From contig JBHGNT010000114.1 of assembly GCA_043228905.1 (NCBI GenBank), forward strand, positions 1 to 64,000: DNA of 64,000 nt, in the 5' to 3' direction. The translations under genes were made by a program, and so were the position numbers. Shown here one piece after another: positions 26,233 through 37,351 of this stretch (its first letter is position 1; each line of letters begins with the position of its first letter). Source of the stretch: Azolla caroliniana (Eukaryota; Plantae; Polypodiophyta). The notes below the pieces were generated by a model. That model ran no database searches, had not been told where the DNA came from, and saw nothing but the letters and a program-made list of their open reading frames with translations.

Positions 26233-28860
26233 CTATTCTTCCTCCCAAATACCCTGGATGTTTGGTTCCGCTCCTACGTACTGGTCCGGTGACGGCGTAG
26301 TGCCCGTAGGCGCGTCGTTGCTCGGTTGCACGTCTTGTACTTGCTCGATCATCGTGGAGGTTTCCATGGCGTCAACTTCTCCCTGCGTGGTCGAACCCAG
26401 CTCTACTGGCTCATTCCGTTCTACTGTGGCTGGCTCTTCCGTCTGCAAGCTCTCGGTAGGCTAAGGCTCTGTCTTGTCCATATCGTCCTCAGTGTTGCCG
26501 GCCATAGTTGTCCTCTCCGGTGAATTGGGTTGAGGTTCCTCCTATTCGGCCGTATTGCTATCTGGCATCGTGATGGGCTCCGTTCTTTGCCGCGTGTTGC
26601 TTGCCTCCATGATTCGGTGAAACATATCCTCCTAACTTTTGCCAAAATCATCCAGTAGTTGTGCGAGTTCCTCATAGTGATGGTCTAGCGTGCGATAATC
26701 CTGTGCTAGGTCCTCGCATACTGCCGCAATGCCTTCCTCATTGAGTTTGTAGAAACTGCGACCTTCTTTCCTACAGTTCTCCCAGACCGCCCGGTAGGTA
26801 TGCGACTCCACCGCTTGTGTTGCCCATGCTATCCAGCCTTTGTCTAGCGCTGTTTTTAATTGCGCCGTAAACCTCTCCCGATTTGTTTGAAGAAGTGTGC
26901 GTACGTTATCAGTTATCACTTGGCAGTGGTTTTGCAATTCTTCTAGGGTTTTTCTGAGATTTTCGATTTCTTGCTTAGTAACCACAACCGCTTCCTCATA
27001 ATGTTTCTTCGTCTCTGCCCATATCTGAGATTCTTTCAAGTGTAATTCCTCCAGCCGGCCCATTTCATTGTTCAGGCGGACTTCGACTTGATGCTTCACT
27101 TCCTGTTCTCGTATGAGTTGCTCGTCGTACCACGCTTTCTTCTTTCCCAACAATGCCCGGAGTCCTGAGATCGCCGCTTCCGACTTTTGGGCTTCCTCCC
27201 TTAGCTTGGTGTTTTCTTCTTTCGTGCGGGTGTGCATTGGTGCCTCCGCTTTGAGTTTCTCTTCGAGTGCCTTTACTGTCCTTCGACCTTTGGCCCGGAT
27301 GTCCTTTTCTCTGTTAGAGGATTGGTGGAGTTTGGAGCGGAGGCGGTCAATCTTGGACTCTGCAAGCTGCGTAGCCCTTTTCGCTTAAGCAACAATGGCC
27401 TATTGTGCTGCAATCTCCTCTTGTAGGGCTATCGATGGGTCTTCACCTGCTATTGTTTCGGGGTTTTGCGGTGCCCTAGTGACGCTATGTTCGAGCTCCG
27501 TAATGCGCTCTTGGGCCTTCTATAGTTGGGCTTGAGTTAACTTGACTGTTATCCACACATTTTTATTCTTGCTAGCCATATCCTTGGCCCCCACACTAAC
27601 TCTAGCCAATTCCCAATGTACCTTGACCAGGGCCGCATTCAATGGAGGTAGTTCAATGCCCATACGCCGAATCCCCACATTCCGTTGTCTGCCTACTTTG
27701 GCTAGAGGCCCTTCATCGTCATTTTTTGTTGTTTGTGTGAGCACACGCTCAATCATTTGTTGTTCTGTGTGCTCCTCCGCCATTCTCTGCGATACCTTAA
27801 TTTTTCGCGTTGCCAAAAATTCCATGAGTTCGTAAGTTGTTCCAAATTGTAGTAGCGCTCCGAACTCATGGGCTGTATCCGGGATGTCCGGGTATTTTAG
27901 GACTTCGTTTTCTACCATGAGTACGCCTTTCACACGTTGCAACTGGGCCATAATTATCGGCCGTGGTTCCTGGATTATTTCTAAAGTGGTGTTGGGCTCC
28001 GTAGCTGCGGAATTGTCGACCAAGACGGTCGTGTCTGTGTTTATGGTTGTGTCTTTGACCAGTCCGCGTCCATCTTTCCTGTCCAGCCTACGTTGTTTCG
28101 ACATCGGGCTTTCCTGGCGTTGCTCGGCTTCTTGCTCATGCGGAGCTTCCTCCCTGCTTGTCGGTCGTTCTTCCTGTGTTGTCCGCGTGCTAGGTTGGGA
28201 AGACGGTGGTTCATTGTCCCATTCCGTGGTAGCCAACTCTACTAACCACTGTTTCACAAAACGTGGCGGCGGCCTAGGTTTACTAGGCTGTGGTGCGGGC
28301 AAACGTCGGGATGGAAATAGTATCGTCAGATACTGTTGTATGACTGGCCTTAGCTTTTTGCTACCTTGATATACGTGCAGGACTTCTGGTAAAGCTAGTT
28401 CCATAATTACCCCCCAATTGACCCCGCGCCCTTCGAAGGTATCAATGATGATGCCTGCCTTCTGCTTTGGCATCCCATAGGCATTTATGTGCACACATCC
28501 TACCTCCAGCAAGAACTTGACTATTTCTCGAAAGAAGGGGTCGGGGATTTCCTTCGTCTTGTATGCTTTGGTGGACACCGAATATGCCCCGAGATATTTC
28601 TGCAAGGTTTCCGCAGGAGGGATGTTGAAATGTTTCTCCCCAAGCGATGATAAGTCCCGCTTCTTCCGGATGGTAGCATTGGTGACCATGTCTATGTTGA
28701 CTTTCTTGGCAATTTCCAGAGCTTCAGGTTGAGCAGGTGCCTCGACGACTTTGATGTATCCATCCAGTCTCTTTTTGAGGAGTCATCTGTGCAAGGTGGC
28801 GGAAATAGTGATCGGCATCGTAGGTGGATGAAACTCGTGGGTAGTGGGTGATGTTTGCTG
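26233..28860 (-). pseudogene. G2 extra ORF (most complete copy): globular N-terminus, basic linker, conserved YPDIPD..LLQFGTT block, long coiled coil, acidic tail
   Basis: ORFs 27520-28689, 26632-27237 and 26233-26448 lie in tandem between integrase and the 3' LTR. Confidence 0.85.
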
Positions 28861-29199
28861 GCTATGGCGGGCGTGAGATCTGTGGTATGATGGGGAGTAA
28901 GGTGAGTGAGGAGGGTGATGAAAGCGAGGAGGGTTAAGGGCTGAAGATTGTTTTCAGTAATGTGCAGAAAACCTTCTATTTTCTTCTTTTTGTGGTCTAG
29001 GGTTCATTGGCCTATGTGCCATCGTGGTGCCGCGTGTTCTTGCTCTAGAAGTTTGTGCATACATCAAGTCCTTTTAATAGCTTCACTATCTTCCCTTTTT
29101 TTTTTCTCCCTTGTAACGGTTAATACAATACTATTGTTACATTATAATACAGGTGGGTCCCTTTAATTAATCCGCGGATTCTTCGGCTGTGTCTTTTAT

Positions 29200-32100
29200 G
29201 GCGGGGAACGGGTTTGGTGGCACAGGTCCTAAGTAGGGTTTCAATCAAAGCCTATTCACCTTTTGTCGTAACAGTTCTCCGGCCAGAGTGCCTAATTGAA
29301 ACGTGTCGTTTTCCACGCCAACTATCAACTACGGCCTTGTCCAGCGGAATCTTAATTTACTTGGCATTTGCCCCATCCGTGTTTGAAAGACCAAGACTGC
29401 TTTGCCGACTACAAAATCTTTTTCACGCGCATTTCAATGTCGATCCACGAATGCTTTACGCCAACGCTGCTCTTGTTCCAGTATGGCCATGCTGCGTAAC
29501 CGTGTCTCGCCTAGTTCGAGTAGTTGTTGTAGCAGTATTTGTTCGGACTTGTCTTTTAATAGCTGGTGTCGTACCTGAATCCGCAGACTAGGTACCTGAA
29601 ATTTGATTGGCATTATGGCCTCCAGCCCAAATGCTAGCCGGAAAGGCGTGGATTGTATGCTAGTCTTATAGCTGGTGCGGTACGCCCATAACGCACTGTG
29701 TAATTTGGTATCCCAGTCTGTTTTGTTCTCATTGACGATCTTTTTTAGTATGGTTTGTAATGTTTTGTTCGTGGATTCCGCTAAACCATTCGCCTGTGGA
29801 TAATACGGCATGCTCTTGTTGTGGACAACGACATAGTGTTGTCTCAGTTCCCGGATGACCGAATTCAGAAAGTGGCTTCCTTGGTCGCTGATGAGCTCGA
29901 TAGGGCAACCAAAACGACACCAGATGTTTTCGTAAAGAAATTTCGCCATCACTGCCGCAGTATTTTCTTGTAGTGCTTTTGCTTCCACCCAGTTGGTGCA
30001 ATAATCAGTAGGCACCAGTATATATATTTATTGCTAGTGCGCGCTGCCACCGGTGTAAATGGCCCCATGAAATCGAGTCCCCATTTCTGGACTGGATCCA
30101 ACGACAACACTAGTTGATGTGGCATCCTTGCGACCTCCGTGGGCTAGCCCATCCGTTGACACAGATCGCATTGTTTGCAATATGCATACGCATCATTTTG
30201 CGTAGTCGGCCACCATAGGCCTACTTGCCAGACTTTACGAGCCGTAACATCGCCCACGTAGTGTCCTCCTGCCGTACGACAGTGAGCTTCGCGTAAAACT
30301 GCTTCCTTCTCATCCTGGTGTGCATCGCTAGATTCCGTCACTACCTTTGTGATATAGGATCCCTTTGACCAAACAGAAATTACGACTTCGGATGGCCAAT
30401 CGTTTCTTCTCATCCGTCCTTAATTGCGGCGGTGGTAATCCTGTGGTGAGAAAGTATGACATCTCCATCAACCAACGATCTGGAAAAGTTTTTTCCGGGT
30501 GTGTCGCTATAGTTGCAATCCGTAGGATGTCTGCATCAAGAAAGTCGTCATCATCCTTTCGCACCATTTCTCCATTATCTATCCTGCTTAAGAAATCCGC
30601 TATAGTGTGTTGCATACAAGGTCGATGTTGTATAACAAAGTCGAACTCCTAGAGCAACAACATCCATCTAGCCAATTTTCCTGTCAATGCCTGCTTCCCC
30701 ACCAAGTATAGCAATGCCTTATGGTCCACGTGAAACGTAAATTTCCACCCCAGCAGATAATGGCGGAATTTATTGATGATGTATATCATACCCAACGCTT
30801 CTCGTTTCGTTGTGGAGTAATTATGCTCAGCCTTTGATCGCTTCCTACTGCCGTAGTACATTGGTCTGTACCAATTTGGCTCTGTGAGCTACATCAACGC
30901 ACTACCTCTTGCTATATCTGAGGCGTCCACAAAAACGTGGAATGGTTTCCCCCAATTTGGTGGTTGTACGATTGGTGCTTGAGTCAGCATTATTTTAAGC
31001 ACGTTGTATGCATTTTCTTTAGTTTTCGTTCATTTGAAAGATGTACGGTGGATGGCGGCGTGTAAAGGCGTGGCAAAATCCGTCAAATATCGTAACATAC
31101 GTCTATGCTAGCGTATTTGTCACAAGAAACGGCTGAGTGCTTTGGTAGTTGTCAACATGTCTGCTTTAATGATCGCGGAAATTTTATTAGGATCCACCGC
31201 TATCCCCTCCTTGCTAACGATGTGGCCAAGGAGGGCTCCGCTTGTAACGACGAACGCGCATTTGGCTGGATTCAGGCTTAGGCGTGAAGCCTGACAACGC
31301 TCCAGACACAGTCGTAAATGACTAAGATGGTCGGATGTTGTCCCATACATTGCGAAATCGTCCAGAAAAACTTGCATGAAGGCAGGTATATTCCCCAAAA
31401 AATTCCGTAATTGTCCGTTGGAATGTAGCAGGCATCGTTTTTAACTCGAACATCATGACTACCGCGACATAAACTCCCCAGTCAGTGACAAACACCATCT
31501 TCTCTTGGTCGTCAAGATGCTTGCGTACTTGATTGTATCTAGTAAAGCTATCTAGAAAACTGTACATGTCATGCCGTGCAACTGCGTCCAATACGCTATC
31601 AGTGAAAGGTAAAGGGAACGCATCTGTGATGGTTATGGTGTTCAATTTCCGATAGTGTACGTTGTTGCAGCCTCGTCAAAAACTGATACAATTATGTTGC
31701 CATCTCTGTTTGATGTTAGCCGAATGAAGCCAAGGTCTGCCAAGTAGTATTGGGTACACTCCCGGAGCGTCGAGTGCAAGTACTACCGCCGAAATGTCAA
31801 AGCAGTGACCGCCAATGACGATGCCTAGTTTTCAGATTAAACCTAAGGGCCTGACAGATCGGGTATCCGCCATGCGAAGCCAAAAGGGTAAACTTCCCAT
31901 TCCGAAATTCCTAACTGTTCACACTTCTTTGCACTAATCACATTAACGCTAGACCCCCCATCGATTATACAGCCTGTTATTTCCTGCCCGTGTAGTACTA
32001 GCTTAATGGCTGAATTGTGGTGATCCACCACTATTGGTCCGACGCTCGTTTCGACAAAATTTGTTTAGACATTTATACTAGGCCTGACCGTTATGCGATC

Positions 32101-33056
32101 TTCTACGGCCTACCGAAATCATGGAACTAGTTGAAGGAGTTTTTCCATGGTCATGGTTATTTCGCAGCTTGCCAGTGCTTGCCATATGGGGTCCAGGGAT
32201 ATTATGTTTTCTTCTATCGGCCCAACATTGTTTGTGGACTCCTGTCGCATACACATCGTATTGGTCGCATTTGCTTTTTTCTACCCATGCTTGGGCCTAT
32301 TTGCGTACCTCATCTTGTGTAGCCCAGTTTGCATTTTTTGTTTGTTGTGGTGTCGTGACCTGCTGAACTTCTGTCGTAATCGTATTTACGGCTGGTCCTT
32401 TGCCCTTATGCAGTGGACATTGAGTTGCGTAATGTCCAGGCTACTGGCAGACAAAACAATGTACACTAGACTCTCCTTTCTCTGCAACTGGCGGTGTATT
32501 CCTATCCCCAAGTGTCGCTTGCTCCTCCTGGTCTTGCTGCATTCTCCTGGAATTCCGGGGTGTTTGCGGTTGGTCCATGCGTGACTCCTGGCATTGGTCA
32601 TCCTCCGAACTTTCGTCATAACGCCATTGGTCCCTATACTGTCGATGTTTTCCTTGTGAGCGAGGCCCATTGAATCCACAACGCTTGTTCGTCGAACAGT
32701 GGTTGTAGTAACGACGCCCTCCTTTATTATACCGGTGGTTGCCCGAATATTCTTCGTCCTCCGGCTCCTCTTCATAGGAATTGTTGTTATTCCGGCGATT
32801 ATGGTAGTGTCGGTCGTCGCGTGGATTTCGATCTGTATATCGGGGTCGTTCCTCTTGGTGCCTTTGATCATTTCGGCGAGTTGGTTGCTGTGGTTCTACG
32901 CGTCATACTATGGGCGTAGGTCTGTTCATCATATTGTATTCACATTGCTCGATTGTGTGTGCCTTTGAGTGACAAATTGGGCAGGGAATTCACATATTGC
33001 ATTCCACCGCGGAATGCCCGGAATTGAGGCAAATCGTGCACTGAATAGCTTGACGT
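29200..33056 (-). pseudogene. pol: G2 gag C-terminus and pol (PR, RT, RNase H, integrase), degenerate
   Basis: IIDGGSSVNVI (31843-32031), FPLPFTD..PATFQR and FLDDF (31120-31645), RNase H (30649-30861), integrase (29434-30015). RT N-terminus deleted near 31660. Confidence 0.93.
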
Positions 33057-33748
33057 TGTCGTGCCTTTGGGCTCCGGATCGTTGCGTGAGTCGGGTGGGA
33101 ACCGCCGAGGTTTTGGACTAGGAGGAAGAGGAATACAACTTAAGGGTAGTTATGAATAGTAGAAAGAGAAGTAAGATAGCAATCTCATGAATCCCACGAG
33201 TTTAGTGTATTTAAAACAATATTTAGATTATAAGAGTAATTTAGATGGCAAAATTCGTGGATCCCTCGAATATATTAGATTGATCAATCCTTGTATATTA
33301 ATCAACAACCTTATACATATTTCTCTCCTCCTTATATAAAGATGGAAGAGGCTAAGCATGGCTTCATGCTTTTTCACCAAAAGTGTCCATGCACACTAAA
33401 TGTGCATGTGATGCTTTGTCATTTCCTAAATATAGGGCTCATGCACGCTAGATGTGCATGAGTCACTTTTAATGTCACGTGTAAATAAAATATTCACACC
33501 CTAAAGAATACATGATTTTTACCTTTTAATAAAGGTATGTGTAAATAAAGGTCTTATACGTATTAAATCTATATGTATAACACTAAAGATAAGTTATTAC
33601 AATGGTAAAGTTGAGGTTTATCTACGTGGAGGTGCAAGGTTTGAATCCTGCCCTATGCACGTGATATATTATTTATTTATTTATATGTATCTAAAATCGG
33701 ATATATTATTCTATGGTTTTCACGTAGTTTGTGGAATACACTACGACA

Positions 33749-36700
33749 CTCGCCCCCTTCGAACCCGCACATCCTCCGGTATGTGCCGAAGTTCTCGATT
33801 CCTCATATCTGTCTTCACCCAAAGCTTCCTCCGATTCTCCCCTTATGTCGACTATGAGTTGCAATTCACTTTCTTCACTTCCCGCATCACCGTGGTCTTC
33901 GTCCGATTGCTCCTCGTTGTCGGCCTTGGCTTGGATCACATAAGGTTTGTTGTCGGTCCGCTTCTTGAAAATCTTCACCCGCTTCCCGGCTATAGGCACT
34001 CGTAGTATTGTTCCATCCAACTCGGACAGTCGGTACGTTCCGTTGTCGAAGACTTTCCGAACCTTGTATGGCCCGAACCACCTTTTCGCGAATTTCCGCA
34101 TCGTTGTATGTTGATGGTCCAAGCTACTGTCATAGACGATCACCCAATCTCCTTCTTCAATCCTCCTCGGTCGTAGTCGGTGCTTTGTGTCGAACCGGCT
34201 TTTGTTCCGGAATCGTGCTTCTTGTTGTTAGCGTATTGCTTCCGCTATGTCTGCCGGTCTTCCCTCTAGTTGTCGTATCCGGACCGCTAGTAGTTCTTTC
34301 CCGCTCATCTCTTCCTTCCACGGTAGCACTGTCTATGTTGCGATCGCGGTTTCCGTCGGCATTACCGGTGCTTGTCCAGTCATGAGTTCTGCCGGCATGT
34401 AACCGGTTACGGAGCTACGCGTCGTCCGATCCGCCCATAGTGCATACGGAAGCATCTGCGGCCAGTCCTTCACCTTTCCATCGCATGCCTTCGCAAGTGC
34501 TTTCACAATCGGACTATGTCCTCGTTCGATTTTCCCGTTGGCCTCCGGATTGTATGCCGTTGTCAGCGTTAACCAACCGAACTCCGTGTTTGGCGAAGAA
34601 TCCCCTAGCTTTGTCCGAGTCGAGTTCTCCCCGGTCCGCAATCACTTGTCCTACGCACCCGTACCTGCAAAATACTTCCTCCAAAAGAAATTGGCATACC
34701 GCGGAACACGTTTTCCTCTGAAGCGCTCGACCTTCTACTTGATTCGTGAGATCTTCCCGAGCTAATACCAAGTATTTCTTTTGTCCGATCCCGGTCGGCA
34801 TGGCCACTATGTCGACCATCCACTTGAAGTTGATTGTCGGTGAGAATGTCGGATGTAACTCATCTCGATGTCGAACCCCGGAGTAGACTTGACATTTCTC
34901 GCAGCTTTCCGTGAACTCCGCGACATCTTTGTACATTTTCTTCCACCAATATTTTTGCTTGATCTTCACAAATGTTGCCCATGTTCCTCGGTGTCCAGCC
35001 CAATCGGATTCATCAAACTCGGACATTATCCGGTTTCGTTGCTCTTTTGTCCCGACTACTCGAAGTGGTATACCATCCGGTCTTTTCGGCGCCCTCCATA
35101 TTAATCCGTTTTCCAAGAAGAACTTTTGGACTTGCCTCTTCTTCCTTCGGATCTCGGCTCTTCTTCCTTTATCTTTTGTTGAATCCTCGGCCTCTTGTAA
35201 CATCTTTCCGATCATCAAGCTTTCTCCCTCGTATTCTTCTTCCCGGAATTCTTGGATTACGTTCACTCGGCATATGTGCTCCGACGCGAAGTAGTCTTCG
35301 GAAACTTCTTCATTATCCGATTCGGTTATGTCGTCTCCAAACCGAGCCCTTGATAACATATCTGCTACCACATTGTCCTTCCCCGAGATGTGTCGAACCT
35401 CCGGATTAAGCGACTTGACATATGCAACCCACCTTAGCATAGCTACATCCGGTATCGTACAACACCGCATCATCCCGAGTATCGGAAGACAATCCGTCTC
35501 GATCACCACTTCGGCTCCGATCAAATAATCCCGATCCGATTTTATCGCCGACACGACTCCCCACAGTTCTCTTTTGACTTGTGCATATCCACGTTGCCTT
35601 TCGTTGAGAACCTTTGCTCCGAATCGGATCGGATACCGCGAACCATCCGAGTCGGCTTGATTGATGACCCACCCGATACCGGTTGGACTTGTATCAACCG
35701 TTACTATGATCGGTCGGTCGTAGCTCGGCTTCTTAAGTGCTTCCGCCCTCCGAAGTGTCTTCTTCAATTTCTTCATGGCTTTGGTGTGTTCCGGTTTCCA
35801 TTCGAATTTCTTACCTTTCCGCAACAAGTGGTAGAGCGGGTCCACTATATGTGCATAGTGCGGAATCCATATGTGATAGAATGCACATGCACCGAGAAAC
35901 CTTCGGACTTCGGATGTTGACTCGCATTCTTCCTCCATAGCTTGAATCGCATCGATCTTTGTTGGTGACGGTCTTCAGCCGTAGGGCCCACATAGATGTC
36001 CGACAACCAATATTTCTTCTTGCCCGAATGCCGATTTCTCCCCGGAAAGTGTTAGGCGCACATCTTCTAGCTTTCGCAACACTTTCTCGCAATCATGAAT
36101 ATGGTCGACCACGAACTTTTGGCATCCCCGATCATCCATAGTCTCATCTTTTTCTTCTACCGCGCATCCTTTCATCGGAATGTCATCGAGGAACGGCATC
36201 GTTATCTCCGGAACGCAGTCTCGAAGCACCTTGTTCATCGTGTTCCTCATATGAGCAACCGAGTTTGTCGCTCCTTGTGGTAGTGTGCACATTCGGACTA
36301 ATCCTATCGGTGTTCGCATGGTTGTGATGTCTCGGCTCTCCACGGCTAGCTGGAATTGGTCATACCCCGAGTATAGGTCTCCGATGGAGTATATCGCGTG
36401 ACCGGCAAAAGCTTCCGCAAATTCATCCACTATTGGACCGACTCCCGAGTTCCGGATCGTGACCTTATTCACCGGTTGTAAGTCTTGGATAAATCGGAGT
36501 GACCCATTGTTCTTCGGAACTGTAAACCATCGATTTGAGTACGGAGCAGTTGACGGCTCTAGAATCCCCATCGCCACCTTCTCCTTGAGCAAGTCAATGA
36601 CTTTCGGAATATGCGCTCGTGGCACCGGAATCGGCTTCAGGTTCCACGGTACATGGTCAATCGTGAAGATCACCATCGGCTCCACTATTCTCGGATCGAC

Positions 36701-37345
36701 GCACCCTATCTCCCTTGATGTAAATGCAAACGCTTTGCCGTGTTGCTCCAACATCTCGCGAAACCGTTCTTCTTCTTTTTGTAATAGGAACCCACCTCCA
36801 CCGATCCGAAATTTCTTCCGGGTCTCATCCGTGAAGGCATGTCCGATATCCACGGACTTCCGAAGTGTCGGATCTCCCGAGACTTCTTTCCTCTTTTGTT
36901 TGCTATCGGCGGGTAGTGGTCCCGCGGCCGGTTTCACCTTCTTCTCCACGGTCTTGTATTTCGTACTTACCATTGCTTCTTCTTTGCGGAGCGTATCCGG
37001 CTCCATTTTCGCAATGATCTCATACATCTCGACCGATTCCACCGGGACTACCCGGTTCCCTTGGCTTTTATCTTCTGCAAGCTCTTCAAGTCGTTGTAGC
37101 GTGCTCCCATAGAACACTTCTTCGACTATCCCCACGATTTCTTCATCTTCTTTTATTATTGATGCCGACCACAACTTATCCTCCACTTGTCGATACCCTT
37201 TCTTCAATCCTCCGGTTACGGTCGTGTACGTAGATGCCCCATCCGGACCGATTCGTACATGTTTTGCTCCGAGAGTTTTCTTCCTGTGTGGGGTATCAGG
37301 GCTTCTCGGACTATCACTTCCCCACTCCGCAACAGTCCGCTTTAA
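33749..37345 (-). pseudogene. pol: G3 pol (RT-RNase H-integrase) in the -1 frame; one nonsense codon (~35975) and at least one frameshift (~34565)
   Basis: YSNRWFTVPK..QDLQPVN..LPQGATNS..FLDD, RNase H TVDTS/ETDC, H2C2 and integrase core, WFGPY C-terminus. Confidence 0.92.
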
Positions 37346-37351
37346 AAATCC
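37307..37351 (-). promoter_or_regulatory. Predicted -1 programmed ribosomal frameshift signal
   Basis: G GAU UUU heptamer (37351-37345) directly before UAA, a 5-nt spacer, then an 11-bp stem CGGACUGUUGC/GUGAUAGUCCG. The -1 frame is open into RT. Confidence 0.8.

Noticed and set aside
26233-28860. Extra ORF as a retroviral env gene
   Set aside because: No evident signal peptide or transmembrane segment; the protein is charged and coiled-coil.
33588-33659. tRNA gene
   Set aside because: A/B-box-like motifs are present, but no acceptor or anticodon stem folds convincingly. Reported as a tRNA-like cassette instead.
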